Source of the DNA: Polyangiales bacterium
GTDB lineage: Bacteria; Myxococcota_A; Polyangia; Polyangiales; Polyangiaceae
NCBI GenBank assembly: GCA_038231275.1
Contig: JBBRLQ010000015.1
Coordinates: 96,001-160,000 of the forward strand
Reading direction: 5' to 3'
Length of the DNA stretch: 64,000 nt
Shown piece by piece: positions 46,952 through 56,965 of the stretch; the first letter of the stretch is position 1; every line of letters starts with the position of its first letter. Under the pieces are notes generated by a model that did no database searches, was not told the DNA's origin, and saw nothing but the letters and a program-made list of their open reading frames with translations. The position numbers and the translations under genes are program-made.

Positions 46952-47635
46952 TCAAGGGAGCGCGCGCGGGTCTTCGAGGATCGCCGCCGTGAACGACGCG
47001 CGCAGGTAAAAACCCCGCGGCACGGTGGGGATGCGCTCGCCCTCGCGGCCCCACGAGACGGTGCGCGCCGCGCCGTCCCGCGCCTTCGGCCTGACTTGGA
47101 GCCACCGTCCGGTGTGCGCTGTGAGCGCCTCGACGTGGCCCAGCGCGATCGCGCCGACGGCGTCGTCGAAGTCCGCGCGGAGCACGGCGTCCTGCTCGGC
47201 GGTAGGCGACCAGAGTCGCGCGCGGCCTATTTTTCTCGCGGAATGCGCGGCGTCGTGGGTCGCGACGAGCGGCACCCACAAGACGCGCGAGAGCTTCTCT
47301 TTCACCCACGACGTCTCCCACTCGACGCGATCGACGTCATCCATCGGGAGCGTGCACACGTAGGTGGACTCGAACGGGCGCCCGCGGTCGTCCGTCGGAA
47401 TGGTCTTCAGCTCGACGCCGAGGGCGGGAAAATCGTGGACCTTGGCGGAGCCGCCGGTCGCGCCGAGCGCGCGCTCGAGGAGCTCCCCCCCTTTTCCCTT
47501 CGTGCGAACGCCCTCCGCGTCGAAGCCGAGCCCGAGCTCCTCCGCGAGATCGCCGAGCGTTCGCCCCTCCAGCGCCGCGGCGCGCTGCACGAGGTCCGTC
47601 TCGTCCGCCGGCGGCTCCGCGCGCTCGCGCACCAT
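46952..47635 (-). CDS. mutH: MutH/Sau3AI family endonuclease, MutH-sized
   Basis: KGKGGELLERALGA, DFPALGVELKTIP (PD-(D/E)xK), LQVRPK, PRGFYLRASFT. Confidence 0.85.
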   Translation of the reverse strand: MVRERAEPPADETDLVQRAAALEGRTLGDLAEELGLGFDAEGVRTKGKGGELLERALGATGGSAKVHDFPALGVELKTIPTDDRGRPFESTYVCTLPMDDVDRVEWETSWVKEKLSRVLWVPLVATHDAAHSARKIGRARLWSPTAEQDAVLRADFDDAVGAIALGHVEALTAHTGRWLQVRPKARDGAARTVSWGREGERIPTVPRGFYLRASFTAAILEDPRALP

Positions 47636-47702
47636 GCGACGACTCTACCCCAAAGGAGGCGCCCGGAAGTACGCGGCGACGCGCCCGCGCGCGGCGATCT
47701 GC

Positions 47703-47729
47703 TTAAGGCATCGGCCCCCGAACCGTTCT
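47703..47729 (+). promoter_or_regulatory. sigma28 promoter of RTX-repeat lipoprotein 1
   Basis: TTAA-N15-ACCGTTCT. Confidence 0.65.
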
Positions 47730-47787
47730 TGCGACTGAACACGAAGTTCCTTGGCCGGCTCGGCGCCGCCCGAGGCCAGGCGCAAAC

Positions 47788-47801
47788 AGACACGGAGGTC
47801 T
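47788..47801 (+). promoter_or_regulatory. CsrA-type hairpin over SD of RTX-repeat lipoprotein 1
   Basis: AGAC-ACGGAG-GTCT. Confidence 0.65.
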
Positions 47802-47807
47802 TTCACC

Positions 47808-49757
47808 ATGCGTTTCACGAAGCAACAGGGATTCACGGCAACGTTCGCGCTAGGCGCTGTTCTCGCCGGCGCCGCGTGCGGCGATGCGGACAGCCCCAAA
47901 CAACAAGGCTACGACGAGTTTGGCGTCTCCGGGTCCGAGCTCGGTGTCGCCGTGCCCACGTGCTCCGGTGGAACCGGCGGCTGGACCTCGACGAACAAGA
48001 CGCTGGCGCTCGCGCTGGTGAACGGCACGTCGAACGTCGTCGTCGTCAACGCGCCAGGCGGCATCCTCAAGGTCAACGGCTACGCGTGCGTGGACACCCA
48101 CGGCACGGTGCTCACCACGACGAACGTGACCAAGATCACGGTCGCCGGCAGCGCGGGCAACGACAAGGTCATCCTCGATACGCTCGCGGGCGGCTTCGGC
48201 GCGATCGTCGCGACGGCGGGCGGCGGCGTCTCGCTGGCGGGCGGCGGCGGCACCGACGCGCTCATGCTCCGCGGCACGGCGGCGGCCGATGCGTACACGA
48301 TGGGCAGCCCCGCCTCGGGCACCGACGTCTACGCCGAGATCACCGGTGACAGGACGGCGGACGTCTACGCGACGGGCTTCGCCTCCGCGACGGTCAGCCT
48401 CGGCGCCAGCAACGACACGTTCACCGGCAACCCGCCGACGGCGGCGGCCTCCGTGATCAGCGGCGCGCGCTTCGTCTCTGCGGTCACGGCGATTCAGCCG
48501 GTCGCGGCGGCGTTCCCGCTCACCGTCTACGGCGGCGACGGCAACGACACGCTCCAGGGCGGAAACGGCGACGACACGCTCTTCGGCGGCGTCGGCGACG
48601 ACACGTTCAAGACGGCCGCAGCGGCGGACGGCGCGGACAAATACTTCGGCGACGCGAACGCTCCCTCGGGCGCGCTCGGCGACACGATGGACTACAGCGC
48701 GCGCAGCATCGCGCTCACCGTCACGCTCGGCCCTGCGCCGACCGGCGGCGCGGCGTACGGCGCGGCGGACGCGAACGACGGCGACGGCGCCGCCAACTCG
48801 GGCGCCGGCGAAAGCGACGACGTCGAGTACTCGGTCGAGAACATCACGGGCGGCTCCGCCGGCGACACGCTGACGGGCAGCACGGCCTCGAACACCATCA
48901 AAGGCGGCCTCGGCAACGACGTCATCAACGGCGGCGCGGCCAACGCATCGTGCGCGGCCGACAAGGACACGCTCCAGGGCGACGACGGCAACGACACCTT
49001 CGACATGACGGCGGCCACCGACTGCGGCGATGTGGTCATGGGCGGCAACGGCATCGACGTCGTCGACTACTCCCAGCGCACCAACGCACTCACGATCACG
49101 CTCGACGTGAACGCGAACGACGGCGAGACGGCCGAGCTCGACAATGTCAAGGACGCCGAGGTCATCGTCGGCGGCGCCGGCAACGACAGCATCACCGGCG
49201 GCACGGGCGACGACGAGCTCCACGGCGGCGCGGGCAACGACGCCCTCGCCGGCGGCGCGGGCAACGACACGCTCGTCGGCGACGACGGCAACGACACCCT
49301 GAACGGCGGTCCCGGCGACGACACGTTCGACGAAGGTCTCGTCGACGCGTACCCGGCGGGCAACGCGGCGGCGGGCTCCCCGCTCCAGAAGGGCCTCGGC
49401 GACGACGTCATCAACGGCGGCGCGGGCACCAACACGGTCGACTACAGCGAGCGCACGGCGGCCCTCACCGTCACGCTCTGCGCCGACGCGAACATCACGG
49501 GCCTCCCGGCCGGCTCCGGCGCCGAGTGCACGGACTTCGACGGCGACCCCGCGCTGACCGAGCACGACAAGGTCACGAACTGCAGCGCGCTCTACGGCGG
49601 CTCCGGCGCGGACACCCTCAGCGGCACCACCACCGACGACTCGCTCTACGGCGGCCTCGGTGACAACGTCCTCGACGGCGCGGGCGGCAGCGACATTTGC
49701 ATCAACGACCCGTCGGTGACCATCACGACGGCTCCCGTGAACTGCGAGATTCTGTAA
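47808..49757 (+). CDS. Ca-binding RTX-repeat (GGxGxDxLx) lipoprotein 1
   Basis: Lipobox LAGAAC; many GGAGND/GGDGND nonapeptides; SD GGAGG. Confidence 0.85.
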   Translation: MRFTKQQGFTATFALGAVLAGAACGDADSPKQQGYDEFGVSGSELGVAVPTCSGGTGGWTSTNKTLALALVNGTSNVVVVNAPGGILKVNGYACVDTHGTVLTTTNVTKITVAGSAGNDKVILDTLAGGFGAIVATAGGGVSLAGGGGTDALMLRGTAAADAYTMGSPASGTDVYAEITGDRTADVYATGFASATVSLGASNDTFTGNPPTAAASVISGARFVSAVTAIQPVAAAFPLTVYGGDGNDTLQGGNGDDTLFGGVGDDTFKTAAAADGADKYFGDANAPSGALGDTMDYSARSIALTVTLGPAPTGGAAYGAADANDGDGAANSGAGESDDVEYSVENITGGSAGDTLTGSTASNTIKGGLGNDVINGGAANASCAADKDTLQGDDGNDTFDMTAATDCGDVVMGGNGIDVVDYSQRTNALTITLDVNANDGETAELDNVKDAEVIVGGAGNDSITGGTGDDELHGGAGNDALAGGAGNDTLVGDDGNDTLNGGPGDDTFDEGLVDAYPAGNAAAGSPLQKGLGDDVINGGAGTNTVDYSERTAALTVTLCADANITGLPAGSGAECTDFDGDPALTEHDKVTNCSALYGGSGADTLSGTTTDDSLYGGLGDNVLDGAGGSDICINDPSVTITTAPVNCEIL

Positions 49758-49797
49758 CCGACTCGCGACACACGACCCTCCTCACGGAAGGTCCGGA

Positions 49798-49837
49798 GCG
49801 CGCGCCGCGGGAAACCGCCGGCGCGCGTCGCCGTTTT
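49798..49837 (+). terminator. GC stem-loop after RTX lipoprotein 1
   Basis: GCGCGCGCCGCGG-GAAA-CCGCCGGCGCGCGT then short T tract. Confidence 0.5.
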
Positions 49838-49882
49838 GTGGGCCACCACGGTGACGATGCGTCAGCACGCTGACGCGCATGA

Positions 49883-51583
<1,701 letters not shown>

Positions 51584-51643
51584 ATTCGGCGCGCGGCCTC
51601 GGTTTCACTTGACGCAGGGGCGTAGGACGTCTTCCCTCGCCCC

Positions 51644-52753
51644 ATGCGTCGCGCCGCCCTCCTCGCCGCCTTCTCGCTCTCCGTTCCCCTCTTCGTCCTC
51701 GCCGCATGCGGCGGGAACGAGCCGCAACCGACGACGCCCCCGCCGATCGCCGAGCCGGCGACCCCGACCCCGACGCCGCCGCCCGTGCCGACGGAGACCG
51801 CCAAGGCGCCCGACCCGCCGAAGCCCTCGCTCGCCGAGCTCCAAAAGACGGCGCTCATGTCGGCAGCGATGGGCCTCAACGGCCACGACGCGAAGAAGGT
51901 CGCCGACGCGTACGCCGACGACGCGATCATCAGCGTCGCTGGCCTCAACGATCTCTCGGGCAAGGCGCAGATTCAGTCGAACATGCAGGAGTGGTTCGAC
52001 ACCTTCTCGAAGGTGAAGGTTGGCTGGAGCCGCGTCTGGACGAAGAACGACCTCATGATCCTCGAGTGGGTCTTGAACGGCACCCACACCGGCGAGCTCT
52101 TCGGCGTGAAGGGGACCGATCAGCCGATCGGCCACCTCGGGCTCAGCATTCTCACGTTCGATCAGGACGGACGCGTGAAGTCCGAGCACCGCTACGGCGA
52201 TCTCGGCACCGTCATGGGCCAAGTCACCGGCAAAGGGGCCAAGCCGATCCCGCAGGTGCCGGCCGCACCCGAGATGGTCGCGTCGACCGGCGCGCCCGAC
52301 GAGGACGGCAAGGCCGAGGCCGCCAAGAGCGTGTACGCCGCGCTCGAGAAGAAGTCCGAGGCCGACTTCCTCGGCAAGCTCTCCGACGACATCGAGTACG
52401 AAGGCCACCTCGGCACCGTGAAGGGCAAGGCCGACGCGAAGAAGTTCTTCGGCGCGTTCACCAAGGCCTTCCCCGACGCAAAGTTCGAGGTCGCGCAGGC
52501 TTGGGGCGTGGGCGACTACGCGATCGTCGAGTACACGCTGCGCGCGACGCACAAGGCGCCGATCATGGGTATGGCGGCGACGAACCGGAAGGTCATCGTC
52601 CACGCGGTCGACGTCTACAAGACGAAGGACGGCAAGGTCGTCCGCGCGCAGACGTACTCGAACGGCCTCGAGCTCATGATCCAGCTCGGCCCCGGCAACG
52701 ACGTGAAGCTGCAGACGACGCCGGCTGGAGCTCCTGCAGCGCCCAAGAAGTAA
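51644..52753 (+). CDS. Lipoprotein with two SnoaL/NTF2-like (ester cyclase) domains
   Basis: Lipobox LAAC; EWVLNGTHTG and AFPDAKFEV...ATHK repeats. Confidence 0.75.
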   Translation: MRRAALLAAFSLSVPLFVLAACGGNEPQPTTPPPIAEPATPTPTPPPVPTETAKAPDPPKPSLAELQKTALMSAAMGLNGHDAKKVADAYADDAIISVAGLNDLSGKAQIQSNMQEWFDTFSKVKVGWSRVWTKNDLMILEWVLNGTHTGELFGVKGTDQPIGHLGLSILTFDQDGRVKSEHRYGDLGTVMGQVTGKGAKPIPQVPAAPEMVASTGAPDEDGKAEAAKSVYAALEKKSEADFLGKLSDDIEYEGHLGTVKGKADAKKFFGAFTKAFPDAKFEVAQAWGVGDYAIVEYTLRATHKAPIMGMAATNRKVIVHAVDVYKTKDGKVVRAQTYSNGLELMIQLGPGNDVKLQTTPAGAPAAPKK

Positions 52754-52759
52754 CGCGCG

Positions 52760-53095
52760 CTACTGCGCCGGCATGAAGGCGAGCGCGACGTACTGCGGTA
52801 CGCCGCGCATCACCGGGCCTTGCTCGTGCTGGAACGGCACGCCGAGGTACGGCGCCCACGTCTGCGGATGATGCACCGTCGTGGCGCACCCGCACGACGA
52901 GCAACGGATCTGGTAGCGCTCCTGGAGCGTGAAGCCGTCGGGACGCGCCGGAGAGAGCGCGCTGCCCTCGGTCTGGTAGAGGCGAAAGGTCAGCTGCCAC
53001 GCCTCGCGCTGGCAGAGCTTGCACGGAAGGTAGAAGCACCCGATGCGGTGCTCCCACGTCGTCTTCTCTTTCGACAGAAGGAAGTACCAGAGCAT
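52760..53095 (-). CDS. Small hypothetical protein with two CxxC motifs
   Basis: CKLC and CSSC; fills gap between genes. Confidence 0.5.
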   Translation of the reverse strand: MLWYFLLSKEKTTWEHRIGCFYLPCKLCQREAWQLTFRLYQTEGSALSPARPDGFTLQERYQIRCSSCGCATTVHHPQTWAPYLGVPFQHEQGPVMRGVPQYVALAFMPAQ

Positions 53096-53207
53096 TCCGG
53101 GCGCCACGATACTCGGCGCGTGGAGGGCGCGCCACACTGGTGCGCGGCGGATACACGCCATTTGTCGGAAAAATGGGCAGTTTCGTGCGATCGCCGGCGA
53201 ACGCGCG

Positions 53208-53223
53208 TGGCCCGTTCGTTGCT
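53208..53223 (+). promoter_or_regulatory. sigma54 promoter of the oxidoreductase
   Basis: TGGCCCGTTCGTTGCT followed by CTAG as in flbD and motB promoters. Confidence 0.65.
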
Positions 53224-53235
53224 CTAGACCTCCTC

Positions 53236-54327
53236 ATGAGGAGTCGATTCTCTGCGGTGGTGTGCGGCGCGGGTGCCGCCGGCGCGATGCACGCGCTCGT
53301 GCTCCGAACGGCCGGCGTCCAGATTCGCGGCGTGTTCGACCCCGATCCCGGCCGCGCGCGCGCGCTGGCGGAGATGCACGGCGCCGAAGTGTTCGCGAGC
53401 GAGGAGGCGCTCTTTCGGTGCGACGCGAACATCGTCTGCGTGACGAGCCCTCCGCCGCTCCACGTCGCGCAGGCCGAGCACGCGGCGCGAGCGTGGTCCT
53501 CCTCGTCGGCGGCGGCGTCGCGGCCGACGGCGGAGCGGATCCTCTTCGTCGAGAAGCCGCTCGCGACGACGCGTGAAGAGCTGACGCGCCTCCTCGAGGT
53601 GCCAGGGTGCGTGCCGATCGTGCAATGGCGCGCGGGACGAGCGCTGCGGGCAGTGCGCGCGGCGATCGCGCAGGGCGAGCTCGGACCGGCGCCGTCGGTG
53701 AGCGCGGATCTCGCGTGGAGCCGCGACGAGGCGTACTTCGCAGCCGGACGCGGCACGCTCGCGCAGTGGGGATGCGGCGTGCTCTTGTCGGTGGGCGTCC
53801 ACGCGATCGACGCGATCGGATGGGCCATGGGACGGCGATTCCGCGCGGCGCACGGCGTCCTCGAGCGCGCGGGGACAGGAGCGGCCACCGAGATCGAGAC
53901 GCGCGCGGCCATGCTCATGGTGTTCGAAGGCGGCGGCCTCGCGTCGGTGCGCGCGACGTTCGACGCTGGACCTGACGCGACGTGCCTCTCGTTCGCGGGC
54001 GGCGGCGTGACCGCGACGATCCGCGGCGGCGAGCTCGATCCTACCGCGAGCTCCGTCGAGTGGGCATGCGCGGACAACGCCCGCCTGACGCGACTGCGTG
54101 CGCTCGAATCGGGCGCGAGCGGCGCGACAGCGCCTCCGCTCCTCGTGCCGTTCCTGATGGACGCCGTCGCGGCGCTCGCGGCCGGCGCCGCCCCCGGCGC
54201 GTGCGACGCGCTCCCCGGCGTGCGCGACGTATGGGACGCGCACGCGGCGATCCTCGACGTCTACGCGATGTCCGCCTCCGCGGCGGTGACGTCGGTAGGT
54301 GTTCGCCCATCCTCTGCAAGTCGATGA
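53236..54327 (+). CDS. Gfo/Idh/MocA family oxidoreductase
   Basis: VVCGAGAAG, SPPPLH, FVEKPLA, GVHAID. Confidence 0.85.
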   Translation: MRSRFSAVVCGAGAAGAMHALVLRTAGVQIRGVFDPDPGRARALAEMHGAEVFASEEALFRCDANIVCVTSPPPLHVAQAEHAARAWSSSSAAASRPTAERILFVEKPLATTREELTRLLEVPGCVPIVQWRAGRALRAVRAAIAQGELGPAPSVSADLAWSRDEAYFAAGRGTLAQWGCGVLLSVGVHAIDAIGWAMGRRFRAAHGVLERAGTGAATEIETRAAMLMVFEGGGLASVRATFDAGPDATCLSFAGGGVTATIRGGELDPTASSVEWACADNARLTRLRALESGASGATAPPLLVPFLMDAVAALAAGAAPGACDALPGVRDVWDAHAAILDVYAMSASAAVTSVGVRPSSASR

Positions 54328-54425
54328 GACCGCGGCGCAGGGGCTCGTCCTTCGGAGGGCGGCAGTTCCTGTCTAAGCGCTGACGATCACGTTCGACGCG
54401 TCGCTCGCGGCCCTCTCTCGCGCGG

Positions 54426-55445
54426 CTATCGGGTGATCCTGAGGAGCCGCGTCGCTCCGCTCGCTTCATGGATCGTCGCGACGAACGCGAAGGGGCCGTC
54501 CACCCCGACGCTGGTGGGGGTCTCGCCAGGGAGCGTCACACGCACCACCGCGCCGCCGCTCGGCCGCAGCGCTAGGCGCGCGCCTTGCGGCTCCGTCCAC
54601 GCGACGCCGATCGCGTCCACCGCGAGGTGTGCCTCGCCGACCCGCGCGCGTGCCTCGCCGAGCGACTCGACGGCGCCTCCGCGCACGTCCGCCCGCCACA
54701 CCTTCTCGCCGCCAATCCAGTACACCCAGCGATCGAAGAACACGAGCGGCCCGCGCGCGGCGTCGGCCCTCCCGAGCACGCGACGCGTCCCGGCTTCGTC
54801 CCGCGTGACGAGGCGCCCGTCGGGAGGGTTCGCGTAGGAATCCGCTTCGATCCAGAGGACGCGACCATGAAGCGCGCCCACGTCCTCCACGTCGTCCTCA
54901 GCGAGCGCCGCGATTTCGACGCTGCCGCCGCCCGACGGCACGCGGAGAATGCGTCGTTTGTCTGCAATATACACATATCCACCGTCGGCGGCGATCGCGC
55001 GAGGCGGGGGACCGGGATTCATTGCGGCGAGGACGCGCGTGGAGCCGCCGTCCTTCGGGACCGCGAGGACGCGCGCGCAGTCCGGAACGTGCGCGCCGCC
55101 GGCGGCATACGCGACGTCCCCTTCGCAGGGGCGCGCCTCGACGACGTACACACGGCCCGCGTCGGAGGCGATGAGCGTGGGCGAAACACCGCCGAGCGGC
55201 GCGTCGTAGAGCGTCGATGCGTCGCTGCCGGTATGGCTCGCGCGCACGACGCCGTGCCACGTCGCGAGGAAGACATGGGACGCATCGACCGCCACCGCCG
55301 CCGCACCACGCTCGGGAAGAACGAGCAGCGTCGCGACGTCGCCATGCGCGCGCGGGGTCTCGCTCGGTCTCCCCATGCACGCGCCGAGCATCGCGCTCAG
55401 CGCGCTCAGCGCGATTGCCGACGCGACGCGACGGAACCGCGTCAC
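54426..55445 (-). CDS. Lipoprotein with beta-propeller-like repeats
   Basis: Lipobox LGAC; repeated VAVD...VY/VPKDGG units. Confidence 0.65.
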   Translation of the reverse strand: MTRFRRVASAIALSALSAMLGACMGRPSETPRAHGDVATLLVLPERGAAAVAVDASHVFLATWHGVVRASHTGSDASTLYDAPLGGVSPTLIASDAGRVYVVEARPCEGDVAYAAGGAHVPDCARVLAVPKDGGSTRVLAAMNPGPPPRAIAADGGYVYIADKRRILRVPSGGGSVEIAALAEDDVEDVGALHGRVLWIEADSYANPPDGRLVTRDEAGTRRVLGRADAARGPLVFFDRWVYWIGGEKVWRADVRGGAVESLGEARARVGEAHLAVDAIGVAWTEPQGARLALRPSGGAVVRVTLPGETPTSVGVDGPFAFVATIHEASGATRLLRITR

Positions 55446-55936
55446 GGGACCTCGACGCGCACGCGCACGTCGGGGCGGAGCTTCAGTGTGCCGAGCATCG
55501 CGCGGTACGGTGTGATGCCGAAGTCCGGTTGATGGAGCGTGATCTCGGCCACGCGAAGCTCGCCTTCCTGGCGCGTCGTGAACGAGATGGAGCGCGTGAC
55601 CCCGTGCAGCGTCAGATCGCCGCGCACGAGGAAGCCATCGCCGGCGCGCTCAACGGAGGTCGAGACGAAGCGGATCTCCGGGAAGCGCGACGCGTGGAGG
55701 ACCTCCTCCGCGATCGTGGCCTCGATCTTCTTGCGGTCGCTGGCCGAGAGCGCAGATGGGTCGTCCTTGCCATGCTTTCGTGCGCACACCACGCGCAGCG
55801 AGCGCGCGTCGAACGTCGCCTCCACCTTGTCGTCCCCATCGCAGCGCACGTCGTGGCGCTCGACCGAAATCCTGAGATCGTGCGCGATCGCGGAAAGGAG
55901 GCCGTCCTTGAAGGTGAAGACCGTGCACGCGCTCAC
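55442..55936 (-). CDS. YceI family protein
   Basis: VLHASRFPEIRF, GDLTLHGVTR, DFGITPY. Confidence 0.85.
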   Translation of the reverse strand: MSACTVFTFKDGLLSAIAHDLRISVERHDVRCDGDDKVEATFDARSLRVVCARKHGKDDPSALSASDRKKIEATIAEEVLHASRFPEIRFVSTSVERAGDGFLVRGDLTLHGVTRSISFTTRQEGELRVAEITLHQPDFGITPYRAMLGTLKLRPDVRVRVEVP

Positions 55937-55945
55937 GGATGTATT

Positions 55946-56833
55946 TTACCTCACCGGCGTAGCGACCGGCGGAAACAGCCTCCGGAACGCCCGCGGCGAC
56001 GACGCGCGGTAAATCGTGTCGTGGTGCTCGGATGGCATCGGCTCGAAGAACCACGTGAGGCCAGGCGGTGCGTCCGTCTTCAGCACACCGGCGAACGCCG
56101 CGATCGCGTCGTTGCGATCGTCGTCGCCGGCCACCGTGAGGAACAAGGTCCGTGCCGGTCTGCCGGGTCCCTTCAACGACGTCGCCGCCCTGCGCACGAG
56201 CTCGCGATCGTTCCACCAGAGGCTGGGGCTGATCGCGATGTACGTGTCGAAGAGCTGCGGCTCGTGTAGGAACGTCTCGACGACGAAGAGGCCCGCGAGA
56301 GACTCGCCGACGATCGCGGTCGTGCCGTCCCCGCGGACCCGGCCGCGCATGGTGGGCATCAGCTCGTCGCGGATGAACGCGCGAAAGTTGGCGGAGCCGC
56401 CGACGCGCGGGGCGATTTTTCGATCGGACTCGACCTGCGTCGGGCCGGTCATGTCGCGCCGGCGCTCCGTGTTCTCGATGCCGACGACGATGACACCGCG
56501 CATGGCGTGCGCGCGCACCGCCGCGTCGATGGTCTCGGTCACGTGAGGAAAGTCCTCCTGCTCACCGCCGTCCGGCATGTAGACGATCGGGAAGGAGGCA
56601 CCCGGCGCGTCCGCGTAGCCCGGCGGCGTGTAGACGTTGATCCGGCGAGCTTCGCCCAGCACCTTCGAGACGAGTGTGAACGTCTCGTGCGTCACGCCCG
56701 CGTCGGGCAGAGGAAGCGGAGCGGCGACCCGAGGAGGCGTGGGTGCCGTCGTTTCGCACGCGAGCGCAGGGAGCAGAGCAAGCAGCAGAGCAAGCAGCAG
56801 GGTGACCAACAGCACGCGTGAGGTCCGGTCCAT
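55946..56833 (-). CDS. Alpha/beta-hydrolase esterase (IroE/Fes-like)
   Basis: VYTPPGY, YMPDGG, GESLAG nucleophile elbow, SPSLWW. Confidence 0.85.
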   Translation of the reverse strand: MDRTSRVLLVTLLLALLLALLPALACETTAPTPPRVAAPLPLPDAGVTHETFTLVSKVLGEARRINVYTPPGYADAPGASFPIVYMPDGGEQEDFPHVTETIDAAVRAHAMRGVIVVGIENTERRRDMTGPTQVESDRKIAPRVGGSANFRAFIRDELMPTMRGRVRGDGTTAIVGESLAGLFVVETFLHEPQLFDTYIAISPSLWWNDRELVRRAATSLKGPGRPARTLFLTVAGDDDRNDAIAAFAGVLKTDAPPGLTWFFEPMPSEHHDTIYRASSPRAFRRLFPPVATPVR

Positions 56834-56965
56834 TTTCCCGGCGAGTCTACTCGACCTCAAGCGATCGCCGTCGCACGTGGCACCACATCCGTTGCGTCCC
56901 GCCCGACAAGGGGGAAAATGCAGCTACCCCGCGCGCGTGTAGTGTGCCAATCCTCACGGAGCCCC

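Noticed and set aside
46952..47635. Sau3AI-like restriction-modification system
   Set aside because: Single-domain MutH length and no neighbouring DNA methyltransferase
56772..56800. 12-nt tandem repeat AGCAGAGCAAGC
   Set aside because: Encodes the LLLALLLALL signal-peptide stretch; in-frame unit, no evidence of phase variation
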